From positions 1 to 64,000 of IMG/VR virus record IMGVR_UViG_3300013136_000003: a stretch of DNA of 64,000 nt, one strand, 5' to 3'. Of the stretch, positions 47,725 through 56,826 are shown piece by piece (the stretch's first letter is position 1; each line of letters begins with the position of its first letter). Origin of the DNA: a virus. A program made the translations under genes and the position numbers. The notes under the pieces were generated by a model. That model made no database searches, was not told the DNA's origin, and was given only the letters and a program-made list of their open reading frames with translations.

Positions 47725-49606
47725 GAAGGTCCAACCTAACCGAAACGCTTCTTCCTACGTAACCGTAAACATTCAAATAGATGAACTGCTGCCTTGACGA
47801 ATTTACAGCTCCGTACTGACTCTTAGCTATAACTCCGTAAACGTTCTGGTGACCAGCAATGTAAAAATGATCTTGCGCGCGTGCTCCTATCTTGTCAGCT
47901 GTCGTAACTGCAGATAACGGGTAAGCCGTCAAATTTAACCCTGTGTACGGCGGTTGGATCGTTTCTCCGGACACAGCATTTGTTAACCTAGCTGTTCCGT
48001 TTTGTAGATCTTCAATAGATGCATTTCTGGGTCTTCTCATAGGCCCTATAGACCCTGTCCATGCAATGTAAACCGGAATAGCCCAGCTCTGTCTCATCAA
48101 TTCTCTCTGTGGCGGACCCAACACGATGAATGGCATTGAGTAATAGAAAACTCTCTCTCTAAACGATTTTAGCAGAGTCCGGTAATTTTCAACGTTCGGC
48201 CGGTTCAACAGAGCGTCCTTTATGCTATTAGCAGAGGACGGAGCAAAACCAAACGTTCTAGGTTCAGTTGCCCTTTCGACGTTCTGAGTTGTCTGATCCT
48301 GCGCTCTTTTTTGACTAGCTGCACGAATTTCTTCCTGCCGCCTAGCTGCTGTTTCCGGAGACAGTTTATCCTCAATGTACTCTTTTTCTTCTCGGCTGAG
48401 ATTAACGTTATCTAGGTCAGGAATTTCGTTCAGGTTTACTTTTACCCAAGCAGATTTATCTCTAGTGGTTCGGTTGTCCCTACCCTGAAGAGGATCTATC
48501 TCGTTACTTTGAACTCTGATCATTTCCTTGATGTTGAGAGCGTAATATTGACCATCCTGGTAAGTTGCAACTTCGCGAATAGGAAGAGGCTCGTAATCTG
48601 GCCGGTATAGGTAATCCTTAACGACTATGAAATCGCCAATGTCCCAATCCGCATCTGGGTCTGCGCCGAACCGTGAAATTCTGGCGATCAATCTCTTTCT
48701 AATCAATCGTTCTTCCCTAGCTGCTCTTTCTCTAGCTTGTTCGGCCTCTCTAGCAGCTCTTTCTCTAGCAGCGATCTCTGCTCTAGCCCTGGATTCTCTA
48801 ATCGACCTGTATTTTTCTTCGGTTAATCTGCTGTCTCTCACCAACGACCTAAGGTACTGATCGCTGAGTGTTGACAAAAATTCTTCGGGTAGCTGTTGAA
48901 ACAGTTCATCGTCCATATCAAACTGATCTGGATCAGTTCTTCTGGTACCGATAGCATCATTTATGAATCTCATAGCTGCGCTGAGCTTGGTGTTCTGGTC
49001 CAAATTTTTGTCCAATGCCATCCAGTTACTGGAACCAACGATTGCGTGAACGTCTTCTTCCGTTAAATTTCCGTTAGCGTCCTTTTTTACTTCAAGCATT
49101 GATGCCCACACGTTGTCCTTTTCTCTAGTTCCACTAGGATTGGAAGATATGTAACCGACTGTTCTCACAAGAGCACGGTACAGCTTTGCTCCAAGCTTTG
49201 TTCCGCGTAAACCCAAAGGAATACCGTCATTTGGAAAGTGGCTCCTTTGGTAAGAATCAGGAGCGTCAGTTTTCATGTAAATTGCGTCCGAGTCGTTAGG
49301 GTAAACGTCCTTCCATTTTCCAACCACCTTAATCAAACGACTTTCGTTATCACGTTTCATTTCTTGCATGATCTGTGCAATTTCAGGATTATTAAACCTA
49401 GGATAGTACTTTCTCTCGCCGCCTGATCTTTCCATTGTGATGTCTGAACTTCGTGTCGCTTTCAACAAGGCAAGCAACCGTCCTAACTTTTGAGTAAATT
49501 GACGAACATCAGCTAATTTGCTGCCGGTTAACCTAGCAACGCTAGGAACACCCATTTCGGTGACTTCAGCCGATTCATTCACCAAATCTATGAACGATTT
49601 GATCAT
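47693..49606 (-). CDS. Putative internal head protein with GNAT-like motif
   Basis: MIKSFIDLVNES leader; GIPLGLRGTKLGAKLYRAL acetyl-CoA-binding-like motif; central RERAARE coiled coil. Confidence 0.55.
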   Translation of the reverse strand: MIKSFIDLVNESAEVTEMGVPSVARLTGSKLADVRQFTQKLGRLLALLKATRSSDITMERSGGERKYYPRFNNPEIAQIMQEMKRDNESRLIKVVGKWKDVYPNDSDAIYMKTDAPDSYQRSHFPNDGIPLGLRGTKLGAKLYRALVRTVGYISSNPSGTREKDNVWASMLEVKKDANGNLTEEDVHAIVGSSNWMALDKNLDQNTKLSAAMRFINDAIGTRRTDPDQFDMDDELFQQLPEEFLSTLSDQYLRSLVRDSRLTEEKYRSIRESRARAEIAARERAAREAEQARERAAREERLIRKRLIARISRFGADPDADWDIGDFIVVKDYLYRPDYEPLPIREVATYQDGQYYALNIKEMIRVQSNEIDPLQGRDNRTTRDKSAWVKVNLNEIPDLDNVNLSREEKEYIEDKLSPETAARRQEEIRAASQKRAQDQTTQNVERATEPRTFGFAPSSANSIKDALLNRPNVENYRTLLKSFRERVFYYSMPFIVLGPPQRELMRQSWAIPVYIAWTGSIGPMRRPRNASIEDLQNGTARLTNAVSGETIQPPYTGLNLTAYPLSAVTTADKIGARAQDHFYIAGHQNVYGVIAKSQYGAVNSSRQQFIYLNVYGYVGRSVSVRLDLLRKLGAPQVI

Positions 49607-49671
49607 TAAGTTTTACCTTTTTTCTTTATTTATTCGGCAAGTCGGTAGCAACCTGAGCTATAAATATTTAC

Positions 49672-50373
49672 ATGCAGACAGTAACTATAAAAAAGGATGG
49701 AATTTTCTTCTCGTTTTGGGACGAGCAGGTCGCTTCGTGGGTAGATAGAAACATACTGGACTCAGATTTTCCTATCTCTCACTACTTGCCATATAACACC
49801 AGAGTAGAAGGCGAGATAACAATACGAGATTTTCTGAAACACCTTTCTCACTTTAGACCGCAAGTCCAACAGATATTTGCAAACGCTCTATCTGGAATAA
49901 CCTGCGATCAGATTGCTGAGATCATAGAAACGTCAAAGAAACCGAAATCAAACGTTCCGATGAACGCTGTTTACTTATTCAAAATGGGTAAAGTCTTTCC
50001 GGTAAAGGATGAGGAAATTGATTACCTCAGCACGTACTCAGTTCTCATGGGTTTGTTCGTGGAAGAAAACGTCGAAGAGGATAAAGTTTATCACCTGTCA
50101 GCGTTCGACGTTAGAGATTGGGTTGATCTGCCGTTCGCTATCGATAGTTTTATGGAATACACTGACGTGCAGACCGAAGAAATCCTGCTAAACGGATTGA
50201 TCGATTGGAAATTTTTCGAAGTGATTCACGCAGTTCTCAACCAGATAACTCTAACTTTTCAGATCAGGCAGATGACGTCAACCGTCGATTTAAAGAAATT
50301 GGAAAGCGGTCCTATGCTGATAGGCGAATTATTAGTGTGGATCGATGAACTAGATAGAATATTTGCTAACTAA
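49672..50373 (+). CDS. Hypothetical protein
   Basis: TATAAATA at 49659 upstream. Confidence 0.6.
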   Translation: MQTVTIKKDGIFFSFWDEQVASWVDRNILDSDFPISHYLPYNTRVEGEITIRDFLKHLSHFRPQVQQIFANALSGITCDQIAEIIETSKKPKSNVPMNAVYLFKMGKVFPVKDEEIDYLSTYSVLMGLFVEENVEEDKVYHLSAFDVRDWVDLPFAIDSFMEYTDVQTEEILLNGLIDWKFFEVIHAVLNQITLTFQIRQMTSTVDLKKLESGPMLIGELLVWIDELDRIFAN

Positions 50374-50925
50374 TTAAGTAGGGTAAGAAGTTCTTCCAGC
50401 ATCTGGCGGTGGAGGAGTTGGTTCTGGATCCTGACCGGTTTGATCTCCTCTAGACTGTCCGCTTGGGTAAGGTCGTTGATCATAACCGTATCCCTGATCG
50501 TAGCCGCCGTTATCATAGCCTTGATCATAACCATATCCCTGATCGTAACCGTAACCATTTCCGTAACCTCCGCCGTATCTAGGATCGTAATCGCCAAACC
50601 GTTTCTGTCTCTGTATCTGCCACGTGATGTACCCTCCGACCGCAAACTCAAGAGATGCCCACATGATGAAATCGTACATTGTGAGATCCTGGTACTTAAA
50701 GATCAAGAAGAGTATCATCCCCAACTGGCCGACGATAAACGAAAAACCTGACTCCATTCTCTTCTTTGAAAAGTAAGATGGTTGACTTGAATAGAGTTTG
50801 CCTATCTCTTGAATGAACCACTTGGTGTTGTTCCAGCCAAAGAACCAATCGTTCCTTCCTCTAGGAGGTGGAGTTGGCCTAGGTCTAGGTCTTGGTCTGT
50901 GATTTCGGTTACGGTTCGAAGTCAT
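50374..50925 (-). CDS. Two-TM membrane protein (holin candidate) with GYDQ repeat tail
   Basis: Arg/Pro-rich N-terminus, two hydrophobic helices, GYGYDQGYGYDQGYDNGGYDQ tail. Confidence 0.55.
   Translation of the reverse strand: MTSNRNRNHRPRPRPRPTPPPRGRNDWFFGWNNTKWFIQEIGKLYSSQPSYFSKKRMESGFSFIVGQLGMILFLIFKYQDLTMYDFIMWASLEFAVGGYITWQIQRQKRFGDYDPRYGGGYGNGYGYDQGYGYDQGYDNGGYDQGYGYDQRPYPSGQSRGDQTGQDPEPTPPPPDAGRTSYPT
50479..50578 (-). repeat. Coding GY(G/D)Q repeat
   Basis: Repeated gatcataacc(g/a)tatccctgatcgta. Confidence 0.8.
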
Positions 50926-51253
50926 TGCTCTCTGATACGTTGTACTTTTTCATCGGTGCTGACCGCTGGTCAGTTAGATCTCGCCACAGGTCTCTAACAT
51001 CTGGTTGTCCAAGAGCCCCGGTCTGAACCATCGTGTAAAATTCATTGTCAGAATTTTGCATCATGCTAAACCAAGTCTCAAGGCTGGGTTTTTTGTCCAG
51101 CTCTTTCACTCTGACCTTTAGCCGTCTGAACCTTGGAAAAAGTTCAAACTCGTAACGCGTTCCCTTGTACCGACGGTTCATGTCCAAGTCCGAGAGGTTT
51201 CTTAAAGGCCTAGCATTTTCGCTAATCCATTGATCGAATGTTAAAATGTCCAT
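50909..51253 (-). CDS. Small putative internal head protein
   Basis: Start reassigned to ATG 51253 (MDILTFDQWISEN) just after a late promoter. Confidence 0.65.
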   Translation of the reverse strand: MDILTFDQWISENARPLRNLSDLDMNRRYKGTRYEFELFPRFRRLKVRVKELDKKPSLETWFSMMQNSDNEFYTMVQTGALGQPDVRDLWRDLTDQRSAPMKKYNVSESNDFEP

Positions 51254-51307
51254 GCTACTGTTATTTATTCTGAGAAGCGGATAAATAAAGAAAAAGAATC
51301 TAGCCAC

Positions 51308-51757
51308 ATGCCTATTCAAATGTATGAGGAATGGTTGAAAGAGTCGGAAAAAGTCGATCCTCAAGCTGTTCCAACCGCTAGCCCAACTACTCAACCGGCT
51401 CCTAGCACTGATGTTCCGCCAGTCGGAGACATTCCGCTAGAAATCTCTCCAGAGGGTTCGCCTGAACCTACGACTGACTCTGTTGGTGAACCTGCTTCCG
51501 AATTGGAAGAGTTCGAACAGATAGACACTACTAGGAGAGACGCGATAAAAGCATTCAAAGACAAGCAGAAAGAGTACATGGAAATTCCGATCGAAATTAG
51601 GAACAGTCCTACTACCGACGAGGATAAGACGAAAGTTGAGAGCATAAAAGCTGAACTACAGACTCTAAACACAGCAATGAAAGATGCTGTTGCTGCTTAC
51701 GACGCTTTTAACGATAAGATGCTAGGTTCCTCATCTGATGCAAACGAAGAGCCGTAA
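51308..51757 (+). CDS. Putative internal head protein
   Basis: IQMYEEWLKES leader; late promoter at 51280. Confidence 0.65.
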   Translation: MPIQMYEEWLKESEKVDPQAVPTASPTTQPAPSTDVPPVGDIPLEISPEGSPEPTTDSVGEPASELEEFEQIDTTRRDAIKAFKDKQKEYMEIPIEIRNSPTTDEDKTKVESIKAELQTLNTAMKDAVAAYDAFNDKMLGSSSDANEEP

Positions 51758-51774
51758 AATAATCACGCAAGTTC

Positions 51775-51996
51775 ATGAAACAGTTAGTTCTCGGCTTTGG
51801 ACAGTTCGTTAACGAGATGTTCGCCCAAAATGAGAGCCATGAAAAGAAATCTGCCTGCTGCGGAGCAGCCGTGTTGGAAGACGGTTGTTGCTCTGACTGC
51901 GGTGCAGCTGAACCGAAGGAAGTAAATGAAAACCCAGAAGCAGCAGGTGCTGCTCACATACACAAATCCACCGGCACAGAGCCTAAGGACGTGTAA
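51775..51996 (+). CDS. Small putative internal head protein with Cys cluster
   Basis: MKQLVLGFGQFVNE leader; SACCGA...GCCSDCG. Confidence 0.65.
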   Translation: MKQLVLGFGQFVNEMFAQNESHEKKSACCGAAVLEDGCCSDCGAAEPKEVNENPEAAGAAHIHKSTGTEPKDV

Positions 51997-52013
51997 AAAG
52001 AACGCTAAACAGC

Positions 52014-52772
52014 ATGAAACAGTTTATTTTAGATTTTAAGGGATTCGTCAACGAGAATTTCGATCCAGAAAACGAACCTATCGTTTCAGGAGAAGGCGGA
52101 GTTGAAACCGCTGAACTGCCAAAGGAAGTCGGAGACATCGCAGCGTCCATCATCAACGGAAATTTTGAAGGTCACAAGATCATCGGAGTAGACGGGGATA
52201 CGATAAGAGTGAAAACTTCAAAGCAAGATTTCAAGTATGCTCCAGACGTTCTCACGCTAAGGGACATGGGATTTGAAGCATGGAGTGGTAAACCGTACGA
52301 CGTAAAGTTGGAACTCGACGATGCTGATCCAGCAACCGGCGAACTTTCGTACTTCATAGAGTTCACACCAAAAGCAGCCAGGAGAGCAAAGGTTGAAACC
52401 GGAGAGGATGACAACGAGGTAGAGGACGAGTACACAAAACCTAGTGAGTTTGAAGATCTTCCGGAAACTCCCGAAGAAGATACAACTGGTGTGGTTGGTA
52501 AGGGTGATAACTTGTTCAAGGACGAGGATGAACTCCCACCATCAGAAGACGAAGAAGATGAACTTTACGAGGGTCGTAAGAAAGCTCAGACCGGCGGATT
52601 CCCAAAGCTGAAGATCAAGCAAGCTCCTAAGAAGGACAACCCTAATCTCAACATACCTAAGGTTAAAGGAAAGGGATTTAAGCCTGAAACTAAGTTCGAT
52701 CTCATGAAGAAAGACCCGAAAAAGATGGTCGAGGTTGACAAAGAAAAGAAAGAACCTCCTATCAAAAAGTAA
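52014..52772 (+). CDS. Putative internal head protein with acidic and basic blocks
   Basis: MKQFILDFKGFVNEN leader. Confidence 0.65.
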   Translation: MKQFILDFKGFVNENFDPENEPIVSGEGGVETAELPKEVGDIAASIINGNFEGHKIIGVDGDTIRVKTSKQDFKYAPDVLTLRDMGFEAWSGKPYDVKLELDDADPATGELSYFIEFTPKAARRAKVETGEDDNEVEDEYTKPSEFEDLPETPEEDTTGVVGKGDNLFKDEDELPPSEDEEDELYEGRKKAQTGGFPKLKIKQAPKKDNPNLNIPKVKGKGFKPETKFDLMKKDPKKMVEVDKEKKEPPIKK

Positions 52773-52783
52773 ATCAGACACTT

Positions 52784-52810
52784 AAAAAGCCGGCTAGTCC
52801 GGCTTTTTTT
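52784..52810 (+). terminator. Rho-independent terminator
   Basis: AAAAAGCCGG/CCGGCTTTTTTT. Confidence 0.85.
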
Positions 52811-52844
52811 GTTAAAGATTGGTACATTATCTAAAAACGCAGAC

Positions 52845-53393
52845 ATGAAAAAAGCAATCCTAGCAGCGGTTTTTACTATACTATCGATTGCCGCTATTTC
52901 CCAAACCATCGAGCAAGCCTTCGTAGACAAGCTCAACGAAGTAAGAAAGGAAAAGAACCTTCCTGCTTTCGTAAGAGCAAGTGAGTTTGATTCAGCAGCC
53001 AAAGTTCAATCAACGTGGATGGTCAAGACCGTAACATTAAGTCACCAGCAAACCGTTCAGGTTCCAGGAATGAAATTGTTAGCTTACCCATGGGACCGTG
53101 GTCGTGAGTACGGAGTGGATGTTCTTTCAGAAAATTTGATACTGGCCGTGCAGTACAAAAACAACGGAATGACCGATTCTCTGTCTGTTGGAAATTCGAT
53201 ATTCCAAGTGTGGCACGATTCGAAGAACCACTTACAGAACATGATGGTCAATTACGGATCCGCTGTCGTTCCGACGATAGGCATAGCCATCACGGAATTT
53301 CCGGAGAGTAACAGTTGTTCAGTGGTTGCCGTGTTCGGAGTTAGACCTTTCCCGTCTGAGCTAGCAAGTTCGGAACATTCTCCGAACAAATAG
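52845..53393 (+). CDS. Secreted CAP/SCP-domain protein
   Basis: Signal peptide MKKAILAAVF; LNEVRKEKNL, LSH, SENL, WHDSKNHLQNM, IGIAI. Confidence 0.75.
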   Translation: MKKAILAAVFTILSIAAISQTIEQAFVDKLNEVRKEKNLPAFVRASEFDSAAKVQSTWMVKTVTLSHQQTVQVPGMKLLAYPWDRGREYGVDVLSENLILAVQYKNNGMTDSLSVGNSIFQVWHDSKNHLQNMMVNYGSAVVPTIGIAITEFPESNSCSVVAVFGVRPFPSELASSEHSPNK

Positions 53394-54414
53394 TTGATAT
53401 TGAAAATCTTGTAGCTTCCAGAGGTGAAAACACTCTGATCTTAAAGGAATCGTTTTCCCAACCTTTCGTAACAGTAACCGCGTAAACTCCCTCTTCTGCT
53501 CTCTGGTATTGACCTTTGACCACGTTCCAAGTGCCGTCCTGGTTTATTGCATTGGGCTGCAACTCTCTAACTGTCTTAGTGCTACCAAGCGCTCTTAACT
53601 CTGCGTTTATTTTTTCTTCAAGGTCAGGAATGGCTGATAACTTAGAGGCTAAAGTTGCAGATCCTTGAAAAGCACTCAAAAATTCAGTGTCCTTATACTT
53701 CACGTAAAACATATCAGGTATGTGAAGAGAATTAAAGGATAGCGTTATCGTGTTTCCTGCGGCTATCGTGAGTACCAAGTCAGCTGAGTAACCGGCGTAA
53801 TTGTTTTCGGCTGTCCCCATCTTGCCGTTAAAAAGACGATCTCTTAAACCGCAAGGAACTTTGATAGCTTCAGGAATTGGAGTTCCTGTCTGGACTAACT
53901 TCATCGATACGTACTGCCATTGCTTTCTTTCTTCTGGTGTATTTCCTGCACCCTGGTTAGGTTTTAGAACCTTTCTAAATTCTACTTTAGTCAACAGTCC
54001 CTGAGGAGTAGTCTTTAGAGATTCAGATAAGATGTTAGTTATCAACTGTTCCATGGTAGTTAACCTAGCTTCGCACAGCAGAGCGTTTCCGCTCGGATCG
54101 TTCTGTCCATTCCCTGTGTAACCCTCACTTTGCAACTTTTGAACGAGCTGAGGAGTCAACCGTAAAGTTGAGGTGGACGCGGTGAGTTCGATGATTGTCT
54201 TGCCGTTCATGTACTTTGGAATGAGAAGTTCAGCAAAAACAGGTTTAAGATCGGTTTTCAAAATTTCTACCTGGTTAGGTGGGATTTCGGACGCCAGGTA
54301 CCTACCACTTTCGAAGTTAAAGGCAAACTTTACTTCCTGGTTTAAGCCCACCTGAAAGGCCTCAGTCACCTCAGAGAACAATGATTCGAACAGCTGTATG
54401 TACTTGGTTTTCAT
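53341..54414 (-). CDS. Putative internal/virion protein
   Basis: MKTKYIQLFESLFSE leader; late promoter at about 54442. Confidence 0.6.
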   Translation of the reverse strand: MKTKYIQLFESLFSEVTEAFQVGLNQEVKFAFNFESGRYLASEIPPNQVEILKTDLKPVFAELLIPKYMNGKTIIELTASTSTLRLTPQLVQKLQSEGYTGNGQNDPSGNALLCEARLTTMEQLITNILSESLKTTPQGLLTKVEFRKVLKPNQGAGNTPEERKQWQYVSMKLVQTGTPIPEAIKVPCGLRDRLFNGKMGTAENNYAGYSADLVLTIAAGNTITLSFNSLHIPDMFYVKYKDTEFLSAFQGSATLASKLSAIPDLEEKINAELRALGSTKTVRELQPNAINQDGTWNVVKGQYQRAEEGVYAVTVTKGWENDSFKIRVFSPLEATRFSISTICSENVPNLLAQTGKV

Positions 54415-54478
54415 GCTAGACAAAAATGGGGCGATTTTAGTTATTTATCTCCTCACGTATTCTAATTAGCTATCGATC

Positions 54479-54807
54479 CTACAGGCGAAGAAGTATCTTC
54501 AACTGGCCGTCGTAGGTGTACTGCATGGTGATGGCCGATCCCGACAGAGTGTACGTGTTGGTTGAGCTGTCGCCCCAGTCGGTGTCGATTACCGCCCCCG
54601 AATTTCCAGCTATGGAGAACCCCTGAGGGTACGATGTCGGAAAGCTGTAGTTGTCTGACGGAGCATCGACGAAGAAGGCAATGACCGGCCCTCCGCCCGG
54701 AGTCTCCGGTAACAGCAGGACCTGGTTGGCCGGGCTAGGGTCGACCGTGTCCAGTTCCACCGTGCTGTTGGTTTAGTAGCTCTAACTACGACTCTCGCGT
54801 GCGCCAT
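54479..54807 (-). pseudogene. Frameshifted, truncated virion-type gene remnant
   Basis: ATG 54807 frame (MAHARVVVRATK) switches near 54770 to the frame TNSTVELDTVDP...DTDWGDSS; late-promoter-like TAGATAAATG upstream. Confidence 0.45.
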
Positions 54808-54951
54808 GTTCCGGTAAGTTAAGGTTCTTTCATTTATCTATTCGCAGCACCCGCTCGCGCCCAAGTGTGGGGTAACTCGGCGGGTGCACAGCACTGCAAA
54901 CCCAAAACCGGGGCTCGGTAAGGCAGTAAAAGACCCAAAATTCAGAACTAT

Positions 54952-55350
54952 ATGCCGAACCGCAAGGAAAAGTTAAAAGAGCTCGAAAAGTTCGCCGAAG
55001 CTCTGGCCAAGGACGTGATCTCCAAGGACCTTGACAAGCTCAAGAGCGACATCATACTGGTCCTGTACCTGTCGGTAGCGGGCATGTCACCGAGCAAAGT
55101 GCCGATCCTAGCGAGGTCAGCGGCAGAGGGCCTTCACCAAGCCGTCCCGGACGCCAGGCTGGTCGTCATACCGACGAGCAACCAGGATACCCGGCTTGAG
55201 TGCATCAACCCCCGCTTAGCCGAGCCTGAAGAGAGAGCAAAACTCCTCGAAACCATGGAAAAAGTGGACCGAGACTTCCAGGAGTTCCTAAAAGCGGTAA
55301 GTTTGCCAAAAGAAGAAAAAAGTGAAACACACCAAGAGAACCGTGCTTAG
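54952..55350 (+). CDS. Hypothetical protein
   Basis: ILVLYLSV...TRLECINPRL. Confidence 0.65.
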   Translation: MPNRKEKLKELEKFAEALAKDVISKDLDKLKSDIILVLYLSVAGMSPSKVPILARSAAEGLHQAVPDARLVVIPTSNQDTRLECINPRLAEPEERAKLLETMEKVDRDFQEFLKAVSLPKEEKSETHQENRA

Positions 55351-55648
55351 GGTCCTTTACTGGGTTCAAGTGCTCCTTTTCGTACCAGCTCAAATTGCTC
55401 TGGTAATCCACTTAATCTGGATCCCGTACTGGCTCCTGACTGGGCGCAACGTCTTCAGCGATTACACCAACTGGCAGCCCCTATCGTTTTACGGGTTCTT
55501 ACCGAGCAACAAGGAGCTTGACATGGTCGGAAAGAGCAAGCACACCAGAGACAGGAAAGGTCACCGCACGAACACGTGCTTCGGAACAGGATACGACAGC
55601 GCTTTCGGGTTCGGCGACAGGAGCCTGTGGGACCGGCTCGACGATTAA
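55322..55648 (+). CDS. Hypothetical membrane protein
   Basis: GTG start; hydrophobic N-terminus. Confidence 0.5.
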   Translation: MKHTKRTVLRVLYWVQVLLFVPAQIALVIHLIWIPYWLLTGRNVFSDYTNWQPLSFYGFLPSNKELDMVGKSKHTRDRKGHRTNTCFGTGYDSAFGFGDRSLWDRLDD

Positions 55649-56147
55649 AGGAATAAATAGGGTAAACAAGCCCAACCAAATTAAAAAACAGAGATACTTT
55701 CTTCAGCAACCTTTGCCGGATAAATGCCAGGCGGTTCATAAGCGCTTTAGTAGTGCTAGCGATAGCAGCTTACTTGCTGAGAGCTGGACTGAACCCGCTG
55801 GAAGTCTTCGTAGCTGAGTTCGTCCCAGCTTTCCTAGTCTTCCTTGACTGGTACCTAACCGATTGCAAAAAAAAGCGATAGAAACAGACCCCCAGCCCGG
55901 GGAGAATTTCCAACCCAGAGAAACGATACATTCAGAAACGCGAAAACCCAGACCGGCCCCCAATAGGGGCCGGCTTTGCTTTAACCGAGAAAAAAGGTAC
56001 CGGGAGCTCTCCTGGACCTGGGGAACTCAGGAAACCGAAAAAGCTCGGGGATCGGACCCCAGGACTTGGGGATTTGGGAAAAAAACAAAAGTGCACTTGC
56101 CGAGCTCCCGGTACATCTTTTTACCAGTGCATATAAGGCCCCCAGGC

Positions 56148-56262
56148 ACCTCCCGGAGTGACCCTGGCGCACCTCCTGGAGTAGCCTGGGGTGACCTCCA
56201 GGAGTCACCTGGCAGGCCTTCTTGGAGCAGCCCTGGCCGGTGCCAGGCCAACCTCCCGGAGT
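56148..56262. repeat. Iteron-like array of ACCTCCnGGAGT
   Basis: Copies at 56148, 56171, 56194, 56217 (degenerate) with exact 23-nt period and a fifth at 56251. Confidence 0.75.
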
Positions 56263-56289
56263 AGACACCCGCCTGGCGGGCTTGGCCGC

Positions 56290-56400
56290 CTAGGTACCGT
56301 CGGCTACCAGGCCGGCGTACGGGTCCAGGCTCTTGGCAGGCTTGAGGATTCCGAGCTTGCGCATGGCGCGGTACTTGAGGGTTAGGAGCTTGAGCTTCAT
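56290..56400 (-). CDS. Small early peptide (36 aa)
   Basis: ATG 56400 directly after the early promoter copy at 56417-56453. Confidence 0.5.
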   Translation of the reverse strand: MKLKLLTLKYRAMRKLGILKPAKSLDPYAGLVADGT

Positions 56401-56453
56401 GGCTTCTGCAATTTGGTTAAGTAAATATAAGACCTTTTCGCGAAAGGAAAAAA

Positions 56454-56774
56454 TCAGGCCTGACCTTTCTTGACCTCGTTCATCACGCACTCGATCATGC
56501 GGTTGATGTACTCCTCGTACTTCGGCTCCGGCTTCGGCATCCCGCCCAGCATGTACATGTTCTCGAGCGCGGCTCTCAGCTGGTTCCTGATACTCGACTC
56601 GTTCTTCAGCGGCTGGCCGGTCAGCTCAGCGTAAGCGCTGTTGAACTCGTCAAGCGTCAGTTCCCGTTGGTTAGCGTAATTGACCTCGTGAAAGGTCACA
56701 ATCGCTCCGCGTACCTGAAGAACCTTGACCTGAACGGCCGGGTTCGAGTTCTTGGTGTAAGTCTTTCCTACCAT
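56454..56774 (-). CDS. Early hypothetical protein
   Basis: Early promoter at 56790-56826. Confidence 0.65.
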   Translation of the reverse strand: MVGKTYTKNSNPAVQVKVLQVRGAIVTFHEVNYANQRELTLDEFNSAYAELTGQPLKNESSIRNQLRAALENMYMLGGMPKPEPKYEEYINRMIECVMNEVKKGQA

Positions 56775-56826
56775 AAGTTAGTTAGTTTGTAAGGTAAAAG
56801 TAACCAAAGAAACTGACAGGAAAAAA

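Noticed and set aside
56148-56262. Mini CRISPR array
   Set aside because: Period is only 23 nt with partly conserved intervening bases; no spacer-length unique sequences and no cas genes
55455-56385. Several overlapping ORFs on both strands in the GC-rich zone
   Set aside because: Low-complexity Pro/Gly/Arg translations expected from GC-rich non-coding DNA; no promoter or start context
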